64,000 nt of DNA from Phoronis australis. Lineage: Eukaryota > Animalia > Phoronida. Numbering within the stretch: the stretch's first letter is position 1; each line of letters begins with the position of its first letter. Both the position numbers and the translations under genes were made by a program. The stretch is taken from the NCBI GenBank assembly GCA_002633005.1, contig NMRA01000395.1, forward strand, positions 292,994 to 356,993. Direction: 5' to 3'. Below the pieces are notes generated by a model. It saw only the letters and a program-made list of their open reading frames with translations, ran no database searches and was not told the DNA's origin. This document shows, one piece after another, positions 38,412 through 50,332 of this stretch.

Positions 38412-39678
38412 GTGAGTATGCTCACTGATGTGTGTCGAATTTTGAAGAAATGAGTAATTATTCAGTGTGTGGTACAGTTGGTTTATTGTCAGCTAGGATT
38501 TGCTTAAGATTATTCATTATCTGGCAGCCAAATTAAGCAGTTATTCAATCCTAACAATTTCAAGACTACAATAATTAAATTCAGTAAGTTGAAAGCTTGT
38601 TTATTTTGAATTTCAAACTACAGTTGCTTGCCATGGGTTCTCAAGCCTTGTTCTCTTTGTTGAAAAATTCAGTGAAGAAATATATTTTTGAAAGCTACAC
38701 TGATTGCAAGTTGACTGTCTTAAAATATTATAAATCTTGCACATTTTCAGTGTATTTGAAGGAATCAAATTTAATTTACTTTTTATTAGTGTTTTTGCTA
38801 ATAGTTGACCCGTAAGGCTGTGTGTTTGTTGTGCCCAGATGTTCGTACTAATCACATGATTGCATTTTTCCTAAAAATTCATGATTTTTTGGAAATCACC
38901 AGATTTTTCATAAGCACAGTCATGTTACTTTTTTCTCATGGAACTATATTCTGCAAAAGTGTGTCTGGCTTAGAGTTCATCTGTCAAAAATCCGTAGTTT
39001 TAAGGAATGTTGAAGGCTTCATGAGTCCTCTTGCTAAAATGTCTCAAAAGCTAATCCCAGATACACTTTTTTGTAGCTGATAGAGTAAAGAAATTGGGCA
39101 GGTTTCTTGCAAAATTTTTTTGTTAAGTGGAACTGGCGGCGATCTCTGAAGAGTGTTTCTGAGAAAACGCAGACACACGATACCAAATGATCTTGGCGTT
39201 ATTTTTGTGGATTAAAAAGATTCCAAGATCATCAAGGATTTTAAAATGGTTTTATTGATCAAGAAATCTGATCTTTGGTTATGAAAGTATCCCAGTTGTC
39301 TTCAATCTGATCAGATGTTTCTGAGATCATAATAATTTAAAAAATTGGCCAATTTTTACAACTCCCCTGGGGTTGCTGCAGCCTAATCTTCATAACTGGG
39401 CAAGATGGGGATTAGGTGTCGGATGTTATATCTGCACTGGTGAAGTCAGTTGTCATGGAAACGAGTTGTTTACAGATCAAATGTTAAGAGACATCAGTAT
39501 TATATTAGCATTAAAAATGGTTTTAACTTGGCATGCAAGTTGAATAGTTTGGCCACATAGTTTGAAATGAGAGATATGTATCATCGCTGACATGAAGATG
39601 ATGATGAGTGATGAAGTGAAACCAAGGTCTTTCTCACCAGCTGCTAAATCATTAAGACCTTCTGCTTTGTTTGAACAG

Positions 39679-39830
39679 GGACAGTGCGAAAGAATTGTGA
39701 AACACATTCACTTTGTTAAGTGGCCCGACTTTGGCTGTCCAAGTAGCACTGAGCTGTTACTCAATTTTGTACTTAACGTTCGCACTCACTTGACTCGCGA
39801 TTCTCGTGGACCAATCTGTGTTCACTGCAG
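39679..39830 (+). CDS. R3-type receptor PTP WPD-loop/catalytic-Cys exon, alternative A
   Basis: tgaacag|GGA...TGC AG|gtattc, 152 nt, phase 0->2. Encodes GQCERIVKHIHFVKWPDFGCPSSTELLLNFVLNVRTHLTRDSRGPICVHC. Confidence 0.92.
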
Positions 39831-42414
39831 GTATTCATGTTGCATGAGGACGAATTGTGTTCTAGTTATGATGCTTTTTTGCATTTTGTTTATAATTCAG
39901 AACTTTAACACAACACTGCTATTATGCTTTACATGTAGTCACACAATCGCCATATGAGAACTATTACTATTGAATGAAATTTTAATTGGGAAGCATGGAA
40001 TCTTGAACCCTTTTCTGGTGAAACAAATTTTTGATGCAAGTTAAGTTGTTTATTGTTTATTGTTGTGCCATTTGTTTTAAAGGTAAATACCTTATTATCA
40101 GATAGTTTGCATGATAGCAGTCATTTGTATCATTATGTTGTGAGTGTTGTCTATACTGTTACTTCAGCTCTATGTCTAGCATGATGTCACTATGACTGGC
40201 TCTCATGGCTCTTGGTGGTTCTTACCTGCATTCTACCTGTCTGTTTGAAGCGCATGTTCTTTGAACTACAAAATAGAGCCTAGTATGATTACGGTTGGTA
40301 TTGACCTTGTTAAAATAACCTCAAGCGGTTATGTCCATTATTATGTTTTGGCGGTATATGTTGTGTCATTCCCTTGCTGTGTACTGTGGGTCAGCTGACA
40401 CAACTAGCATCAGATGTCACCAGTAACGTTTGGACTGATTTCAGCTTGTTGTTTGTTAAAAATACAGCAAAGTTCAGCTTCTAAAAAACAGCAGTTTCAA
40501 TTCTGTGGGAATGCACTAACTCTAGGACCCCAGGGTCTTAGACTAACCAAGGAGTGTACACTCCTTAGACTAACTGCGCAATTTTGGTTTAAAACAGGCT
40601 GTAGCCGCTTGAGACATGGCAGTATGACAGTTCACAGGATGAATTTGTTTTTAGTTATAGCCTCATTGTTAGATTATCAGGTACCTTTGTTTCTTCCAAA
40701 CATTTGCTGTTGAGTCAAGGTGTCAATTTTATCATTGAGTCTCTGACTGGCGGCTTCTGGAAACACGTCACAACTTGTGGAAACACGTCACAACTTGTGG
40801 AAACAAGTCCCTTCAAGAGGAAACAAATGCGTAGAAACAAGCCCCTACTTGTGGAAAAAAGTCCCAGTTCACATGGAAACACGTCCCCTCATGTGGAAAC
40901 AAGTTTAAACATGTTGAAACAAGATGTGTGCAGATGGTGATGTTAGAGAAAACAATGACTGGGCTCAGTGAAGTCTGTGGGCAATGAGGAGGTCTCTTAA
41001 AAAGGTAGTGCAGGGTTGTAATGACAAATTAAATGCATAGACTGATTTTTGGATCGTGCCATTCTATAAGGTTGTACCAATTAGAGGAAAAAATCTTGTG
41101 ATGACGGAGTAGAAACCAGGTGATGGTAGAACACGTACATTGACCATACCATCCAGTGAGGTTGTACCGATTTGGAGGCATCTTGTGGTGTTTTTATGTA
41201 ACAGAGTCCAGGTAAAGGTAGAATACACATTTTACAGTGGGGTTGTATCTGAGGGACGCACCTTGTGGTGAAATCATAGAATCCAGGAGAATGTAGAATA
41301 CACACAGTGATGGTATCATCCAGTGAGGTTGGACAGATTAGAGGGAGGAATCCTGTGGTGTGACGTGAATGCAGTGTAGATGTGCCGCCCTTAGATCCAT
41401 GACATTTGGGAAGCCTGTGTTGAGCACGTGGTGTTAAAGATAGTACAACTAAAAAGATGCGAGAGAGAAAAGTTTGAAGCTAGAGTAGATGATCTATGTG
41501 CATCACCAGTCATCTTTGTGTAAATGACATTATTTGTAGACTGGTTTGGATAAGGAAAGTAACAGTCGCTTGTTGTACTTTATATGGATGTGGTTTCAGC
41601 TTGTTAAAGCTTTTGAAAGTGTTGTTGTTTACGATAAGAGCATCACAATTTACATTGCTCTGGCAGGAGCAAGTTTTGAATAAATTACTGATAGAGTAAA
41701 CCTTTTCAGTGACTCAGAATATGTTTAGTGAAGTTCAGTTTACTGTTACAGCCTTTTAAGATGAATGATGATATGTTGAATAGACCAACATACAATGTGA
41801 GACAATGGAAGCAGCTCCAAGCAAATCATGAAATAGCATATCCGTATTTGTAATTATAAATTATACACTTTAGTTCCAGGTTTGTAAATATTATGATATA
41901 TTATGATATATTATGATATATTCGATAACAGTGCACTTGAATAGGGCCGTCCCGAATTACATGGAGATAGAACTCTATTTTATCCTGGAGATAAGAAAGC
42001 ACTTGACCTAGTTTTGGAAATCAGGCAGATTTTCGTGTCTCTCATTAATGTCGTGAAGGTGAAAAATTTCAGATCACGCATCCCCATTTATCAAACTTTT
42101 TAACGTCGGAGTTGCAGCCCACAGAACATCTGCAGTAACATTTCATTGGCATTGAAAAGATGAATAGAGTAATGCAACTGGTAAAAACTTGTAAAGAATC
42201 AGACAATGACAAATAACATGTGGAGGCAAAAGATGTGCCTGATGGATGTTTACAGGATTGTGGGTAAATACTGCAAGATTCAACTGTCACTGTATAATCT
42301 GGGATGGCCCTATTGAATTTCACTAAATAGCATGTCTTCAAAGCATGATGTAGTCTCAACAGTAATGCATTAGTGTAGGGGTCACAGCCTGTCACTTTGC
42401 TTTTTTGTGCGGCC

Positions 42415-43038
42415 TACTCCAAAACAATGTGACACATGGTCTCAATACAGTAAGATGTCTCCCTGCTCCAAAACAGTGTGACACATGGTCTCAATAGACC
42501 AAGAAGTCTCCCTGCTCCAAAACAGTGTGACACATGGTCTCAATACAGTAAGATGTCTCCCTGCTCCAAAACAGTGTGACACATGGTCTCAATAGACCAA
42601 GAAGTCTTTCTGCTCCAAAGCAGTGTGATACATGGTCTCAATAGACTAAGATGTCTCCCTACTCCAAAACAGTGTGACATGGTCTCAATAGACTAAGATG
42701 ACTCCCTGCTCCAAAACAGTGTGGCATATGGTTTCAATAGACCAAGATGTCTTCCTACTCCAAAACAGTGTGACATATGGTCTCAATAGACTAAGATGTC
42801 TCCCTGCTCCAAAACAGTGTGACATATGGTCTCAATAGACTAAGATCTCTCCCTGCTCCAAAACAGTGTGACATATGGTCTCAATAGACCAAGATGACTC
42901 CCTGCTCCAAAACAGTGTGGCATATGGTTTCAATAGACCAAGATGTCTTCCTGCTCCAAAACAGTGTGACACATGGTCTCAATAGACCAAGATGTCTCCC
43001 TACTCCAAAACAGTGTGGCATATGGTCTCAATAGACTA
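42415..43038. repeat. 49-bp tandem repeat, ~12.5 copies
   Basis: Unit ctccaaaacagtgtgacacatggtctcaatagaccaagatgtctccctg, with variants. Confidence 0.95.
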
Positions 43039-43625
43039 CAAAAGTGTTTGCAGCCCCTGCTTTAATGGAACCTTATGCAAACTTAACCCTTACTGTGTCT
43101 TGAGATGCATGCATACATTTTCTTTAAATGATTTCTTATCATCGTATCATTTGCATGTATATTTACTCCTAGCAAGTAAGCCGTGACTCAGAATGATCAT
43201 CTGAGTTTATGTAGTCACTTTTGTATGTTATTGTTGAGCAGTCATGTTAGTCAGTCTAAGCTATCATATTGGCTCAATAGAGTTGAATAAGCATTGGTCT
43301 CGAATTAATGCCAAGAGTTGAAAGCACCATGCTCAATTGATTTGATGTTAGTTAAAAAAAGTTAGGGATCAACACTTTTTTGTCAGTTCTGGCTATTGAA
43401 GCTACCCCTTGCGGTCAAATTGTGTCTTAAAGTTTGTACATTACATGGAGCTGATAACTACCCTTGGAACATACTGTCTGTGATGCACTCTTGTTTGAGA
43501 ATGTTTGCTCTGCTGATGGTAACCCCAACCATTGTGTGTGTTACACAGGTATGTTTACCAGTCCTGTACATTTCTGGCTTCACCTCGTCAATTAATATGC
43601 ATGGTGTCTCATTGCTTGTGTCCAG

Positions 43626-43777
43626 GGCTCGTTGACACGTACCATCAAACATCTTAACTTCACTGTATGGCCTGACTTTGGCTGCCCCGAAGGCACGACT
43701 GCACTACTTAACTTTGTTAAGGTTGTTCGTTCACACATGAAGCCAGACAGCTCCAGCCCAACTATCATACATTGCAG
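43626..43777 (+). CDS. R3-type receptor PTP WPD-loop/catalytic-Cys exon, alternative B
   Basis: gtgtccag|GGC...TGC AG|gtacct, 152 nt, phase 0->2. Encodes GSLTRTIKHLNFTVWPDFGCPEGTTALLNFVKVVRSHMKPDSSSPTIIHC. Not present in the supplied ORF track. Confidence 0.92.
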
Positions 43778-44302
43778 GTACCTCTTGCTACTAAACTGAA
43801 ATCTACAAAACCATGTCAAAGCATATTGAACCACTCTATTTATTGCATATTGCAAGTTATGTTAATGTTTGACCTACTGCATGTTGCTTTTACTGACATC
43901 TATTGTTAACTTTCAAATGGAATATTTCCCTCTTTAAAACCTAAAATAATTTCAACTTGAACATCCATCTGAGCACACCGGGTCCATAAATTGCCAAATG
44001 CGACAAACATTTCAATTTATTGACTTAGTTTCATCTAGTACATCTCTTGAAACCATCTTTATGTTGTCGGTCAGACCTGAATTTACTTCAACTACTTCTA
44101 ACCTTTTGTTATTTGTTCCGTGATGTTGTGGTGTAGCAATATTGTATGAAGACTACTTCACATTTCATTTGCCATCCCTAAGTGATTAAGTCATGTTTCC
44201 TTTTGTTGCTAAGTATTGCTAAAACTATCTAGATTGTCTATTACGTCTAAAACAACACGAAAGCTTTAGTCTTCAGCATATTTTCAAAAGTTATTCACAT
44301 GA

Positions 44303-44686
<384 letters not shown>

Positions 44687-45054
44687 GNNCAGCATGCTAT
44701 AAACATTCCCACTAAATAAGATTGGTCCAAACCTCGCCTGTCAGGGTAATCTGTGGGGTTTGAAAAATTGAACTACGTAGACGGTATTTATCCACCTTAG
44801 CTGAGTCGCGCTCAGCTCACGATCAAAGAGATGCCGCCAAGCTGCTCTAGTCATTGAGTCACGAGCGAGGATAACTGACTTCGCTCATGCGGATATGATC
44901 AGCTGATTACAATCTAGCCTAGCAGACTGTACTTTTTATGGAGAGAGTTTTACGTAGTTTTTACTGTTTGAAAAGAGGAGCGAAAACAAATATGAGTACA
45001 ACTTTGAATTTTTCAAATCGGCCCAGGATAAGAGATTTTGCAACACAGCAACAC

Positions 45055-47430
45055 TCACGATTACTTTCATTCGGCAGCATGAATACAAAAATATAGGACC
45101 CAAGTTATTTAGATTTTGGAACACATGCATTGCAATATTCAAAATACATTTATTATGAATCTTACAAGCTGTAAAACGACGTTTAATTTCATTGTGCTCA
45201 TTCATTGTCATCCGTCAAATCAGAAATTTCCGAGATGTGATCTGTGGCGTGCGCGTATGTGTACAAAACACGTGATTGTTATTTTCCTGAAGTATGAAAA
45301 TTAAGGAAATTTAGCATGCCGTTATTATTGACAGGGACACGATAAAACGAATTTGAATTTTGGCTATAGTCTTGATACAGTGAGCTGGCTGACCACTGCG
45401 TCAGTGGTCCGTTAGACCCAGAAATTTCACACAGCCCGGGTAGTTCACTTCGTCACCTCATCCCCAACATGTAGATCGAGCCTTGGACTATTAACACTCC
45501 ACGGTAGAGCTAACGACCGTCAGCCTGTGCACACAAAATCTGTGAGTTAACCAGCACTCACCTTGCAAAAAGCAATCTAGTAAACGTCATTTTCTTGTAC
45601 ACCGTATTCGCCGTAAGTTCGGTTCAGGGGGGGGGCGCTTATTATAACCCAAGGCGGTTGAAACCCGGTCTCCGAAACGGGTGAAATCGGAAGCTATGAT
45701 TCATCAAATTTACGTTCTGTGACGTATCTGTAATCTATAAAAGACTTCCAACAAAACTGTGGTGCATTGCTATCAAACTTTGCTGCTAAATTACGATCAT
45801 TTTACAGAAAATTGTGCTGAAATCCCAGGGCGAAAACTCGCCGATTGACTGCCTCAAAATCGCCGTCTTCGCCATGGCGACTTCAATGCTTGAATAAAAA
45901 TAGTTTCAACTCAAGCAAATTACCTGAAATCCTCATTAAGTTTTCTAAGTTGCGTCCCTAAGACTTTTTTAAGTTCCCGTGGAGTCTGGATTTAAGGCAG
46001 TTTTAAGTACAAATCTGCGCAACATCGTGCCATCTGCATGTATGATCGGCAACACGGCGAGAAAAATGTCTGGACTAACACACACGTTGTTGTCATGTGA
46101 CATTTGTTTTGAAGTTCGTCTGCGAGTAAGCGAGCGCGTGCGTGTAACCAGAGTTCATTTGCCGAAGCAGAGACCGTCTTTTGGCCAGAGCCACGCAATC
46201 TAATGAGCTAGATGTGCATTGCGTCTAAAGAAATTTGCACAAGCAGTAGGCCTAAACCAGAGCGTGTTTCATTCAGCACTTGCCGGTGTCGTGCTAAAAA
46301 CGTTCGACATATGCTTCGGTAAGGCCCACATTAGTCGCCGTGTAGCTGGATGCGTACGTAACTATCTGACAGTTATTTTTCGGTGTAAGGGTGTGTAAGC
46401 ATTCACTGTCAGTTGTCATTTTATCGGATATTCGGCTTAAAAACACCAATTATGGTTAATCAAACAATCCATCTAAAAAAGTAACTCAAACATGTTTTAT
46501 AGTATTAGAAATTGTCGGAAATTAGTGCCAATATTCATTTCTTACCGATGCTATGCTACCCGTTTCGTGAATGGATAGTTCCCGACTAATGTCTTTGATG
46601 ACGGCTAGGTTCATATATGTAGCGCGCGCTTTCTGGCCACGTGTGTTCAACACCGAGTTATTTTTATTCATGAGACAGTCAGTGTGTCTACTGAAAGGTC
46701 AGACCATAGTGGGACATGGTCGTCGCGAAAGTAGCAACGCTGTTGTGTTCTTTTTGAAGCGCTGTGTTACTTTGAAGTGTATAGTCACGGCTAAATACAA
46801 ACGTAGCAGTGCCGCTGGTGGTCTAGAAGACCCGTGCAAAACTTTTTTGATAAATTGAAGACGTTACTGTAGCCGAGTTTTAGGACTGAAGGTACGTCAT
46901 TGTTCGCGTGTACACGTTCATGGACTGGGCGCTTATTTCAGCAAAGTCTAAAAATGCGTGGGGGGGCGCTTATAGGGGCATGGGCGGTTATTAGGGAGAA
47001 TACGGTAATCCTCCGCCTTTTGTAACAAAAAAGTCTGTCGTCGATGACCCGCACACGTACGCTCACTCACTCTCATGTGCAGATGAACTTCAAAACAAAC
47101 GTTACGTGACAACAACATGTGTGTTCATTGTTTTCTCGCGTTGTGGAATACGATGTAGCGCAGATTTGAACTTAATCGCAATTAATCTGGACTCCACATG
47201 AACTTTAGAAATTGTAAAAGATATGGAAGATTTCAGGTAATTTGTTGAGTCGAAACTATATTTTTATTCAAGAATTCAAGTTTTCCTGTTTACGATCGCG
47301 ATTCAGCGACGCATCAGTCGGCAAGTTTTCGCCCTGTGATGAGCACAATTTTTTGTAAAATTATCGTAATTTAACAACGGAATTTGATAGCAATGCACCA
47401 CAATTTTGTAGAAAGACTGTCATTTTATGC
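45055..47430 (-). mobile_element. Inverted copy of the 21810-22930 element, interrupted by a nested insertion
   Basis: The flanks of the nested insert rejoin to match the reverse complement of 22351-22390 (cattttcttgcaTAatcctcc). Confidence 0.7.
45602..47005. mobile_element. TA-target TIR element (CCGTATTC termini; Tc1/mariner-pogo-like, non-autonomous)
   Basis: Termini ccgtattcgccgtaa and ttagggagaatacgg|ta; inserted at a TA in the host element. Confidence 0.75.
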
Positions 47431-47992
47431 CATAGTCATCCATTCAGCCAAAAGTAGTTCCAGAGGTGGCTTATCAACCAATTATTCACACATGCTGACT
47501 CACAATAGAAGCCTGATAAGAGTGAAGGTGGATAAATGCAGTGTTCCTACAGTTTCTTGTGGTAGTGGATGTATTCACGACATGGAGAGGCGTTCCAACT
47601 TCATATATTACCTGCATAGTCAACAGGTTCTACTGACTCTTGTTTTCTGTTACAAAACTTACCTGTTAAAAGAAAGACCATTTGCAAGAAAAGTTTATCA
47701 AGCCACTGTCAACCAGAGTACATACATACCAAACTTCTGTTAGAGCTGCACCACACTCGAAAACCATACTTCGTAAGTGCTTTCCTGACACAACTGTACT
47801 CCCTGACAGCTAAACCAACTCTAACTCAGTATTTGGATATTTGAAAAGACAGTGAAATCTTTTTTTGCAAATTCTTTGACGTTATTAAGGGAACATGTTT
47901 AGTCATTCAAGTTGGGTGATTACTTCCCAGTGGTCTTTTCAGAACTGCCAAACCTATTTAAATTGTATCTTTATTGAAGAGTTCTATCATAT

Positions 47993-48250
47993 TTTACACG
48001 TTTGACACGCTAGCTTGTCACATTTTACAAGTTTGATATGCTAGTGTGTCAAGTTTTACACGTTTGACACGCTAACGTGGCAAATTTTACACGTTTGACA
48101 CGCTAGCGTGTAAAATTTTACACGTTTGACACGCTAGCGTGTAAAATTTTACACGTTTGACACGCTAGCGTGTCACATTTTACACGTTTGACATGCTAGC
48201 ATGGCACATTATTACACGTGTGACACGCTAGCGTGTAAAATTTTACATAT
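47993..48250. repeat. 31-32-bp tandem repeat, ~8 copies
   Basis: ttttacacgtttgacacgctagcgtgtcaca-like units. Confidence 0.9.
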
Positions 48251-48315
48251 TTTTATACGTTTTACATGTATCACTGTGACATCTTGTTACCTTGATGTCT
48301 TATTGATGTGACGTC

Positions 48316-48466
48316 TTACTGTATTACTGTGATGTGTTACTGCATTACTGTGATGTGTTACTGCATTACTGTGATGTGTTACTGCATTACTGTGATGTGT
48401 TACTGTATTACTGTGATGTGTTACTGCATTACTGTGATGTGTTACTGCATTACTGTGATGTTACAG
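48316..48466. repeat. 21-bp tandem repeat forming the 3' end of the intron
   Basis: Unit tgcattactgtgatgtgttac x~7, ending in ttacag. Confidence 0.95.
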
Positions 48467-48551
48467 GACCAGTACATTTATATCCACGACTGCATCCGTG
48501 ATGTGTTACTGCAGAATGACGATAATGAGGAAAACATTTATGAAAACACAG
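48467..48551 (+). CDS. R3-type receptor PTP exon, domain end and YEN tail motif
   Basis: ttacag|GAC...ACA G|gttggc, 85 nt, phase 0->1. Encodes DQYIYIHDCIRDVLLQNDDNEENIYENT. A single PTP domain followed by a YxN tail is typical of the R3 subtype. Confidence 0.9.
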
Positions 48552-49128
48552 GTTGGCTCAGTTGTCTTTATTTTTGTTCTAGTTATGAGTGCAGGTATCT
48601 TGTGGATTACTTATTAAATGTAAGCTGTAGACTATATGATGTGTGGACATGTTAGATAAGACTGTTGCCATATTTTGTAGAAACAAGGACGGCCATTGGT
48701 TTTAAAGACAATATAGTGCCTATTTTATTCTTTACTTGAAAACAAAAAAATAATGTGGCTGCACTAAAAATTCTCCATTTTGGAACAGTCTCTAAAATTT
48801 GGCGCGTGGCCAGTTTTGGCTTTCACCATATTTCTCAAATGTAGGACACAATCTTTCGCATCAATATAATCTGAAACTAGACTTGACCACATTACAAATA
48901 TCCCCCACCTGTACACTTGCAGTTCGAGACTAAACTGTAATTTCTAAATTTGGGTAACAATCTACTCTATTGTGAAGCGTTCTTAAGGCACAGAAAAACA
49001 AATTCTTTAGGAGGAGAGGTTACTTGCACTTCACTCCATTGTCGCCATGGATTATTAAATAGAATCCAGGCACTATAAACACAAACACACTAAATTGATT
49101 CGATCAGTCGATCAGGTCTTTTAACACA

Positions 49129-50313
49129 TCATCCTGAGTGACGAGGAGATCTCGGAGAGTCTGAAGTCATAGGCACTACACACTGTTTAGGAACAACACA
49201 AGTAGGTGGCGCATGAGAGCTGTCCTTCGATGACATGGTTGTTGCTGTAGGATCAGTTGTTGCTGGTGGCATCTCCATAAGATGACGGCGGTTCCTTCTA
49301 CAAACTCCAGACTTAGTCTCAACTAGATATGATCTTGGCGTGCTCGCTTCACCGCGGACGATTCCCGGCTCGGTCCATCCTTTCTCACTATCTGTCTTGA
49401 CTAAGACAGGCTCTCCTTGTTGAAGCGGTTGAAGTGGCTTAGCACCATGATGTTGGTTATAGGACGTCGAAGATGTCGCCTTGTACTTCTGATCTTTGGC
49501 AAGGATCTGCGCTCGGTTTGGCCATACAGGCTCTAGTGTTGAGGACGGAACAGGTAGTGTAGTTCTCAAATGTCTTCCTACTGTGAGCTGTGATGGACTA
49601 GCTCCTGTTGCTGCAATTGGGTTATCTCGGTAGACCATCAAGGCAAGCCAGGGGTCATCTTGGCTCAACATAGTTTTAGCTGTTTGGACAGCTCTCTCTT
49701 CTTCCCCGTTGGAATTAGGAAGATAAGAACTGGAGGTGACATGACAAAAATTGTACTTAGATGCAAACTCTCTGAACTCTGCGAACGTAAATTGTGGACC
49801 GTTGTCAGATACGACCTCGATTGGGACACCGAATCGAGCAAATACGTCCTTCATGCGGCAGATGACGGCTGTAGCGTTTGTTGAACTGAGGGCGAGAATC
49901 TCTATCCAACGTGAGTAGTAGTCACACATCACTAGATAGTTCTTGCTTTTGAAGAAGAATAAATCAATTCCGAGTCGCTGCCATGGACCCTGTGGTAATG
50001 GAGTTGTCATAAGAGGTTCACACTTTTGGGTTGGCTTCTTCTCGGTACAGTGACTACACAGTTTAACAGTCCTCTTTATATCATTGGTGATACCAGGACA
50101 CAATTTAACAGTCCTCTTTATATCATTGGTGATACCAGGCCACCACACACCTAGCCGTGCTCTCTCGAGACACTTTGTCACTCCCTGATGGCCGTCATGG
50201 ATTCTGTCAAGCATTTCTGGTCTCATACCATGGGGAATGACGATCCTTGAATTGAAGACTAACAGACCATCAGTGACAGACAGTGATGCACGATGTGCAT
50301 ATAGACTCTTCAA
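49129..50313 (-). pseudogene. Gypsy integrase
   Basis: HDGHQG...C..C zinc-binding region, GIDLF, VVSDNGPQF, SNGEEERAVQTAK and RRNRRHL. Confidence 0.9.
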
Positions 50314-50332
50314 GCTTTCAGGAACATCTCTT

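Noticed and set aside
48552-48655. Read-through C-terminus (GWLSCLYF...)
   Set aside because: It follows a plausible donor and looks intronic. A phase-compatible terminal exon exists at 55343, though read-through cannot be excluded without RNA data.
48896-48911. Polypurine tract and start of the Gypsy 3' LTR
   Set aside because: The adjacent sequence does not match the LTR next to the PBS.
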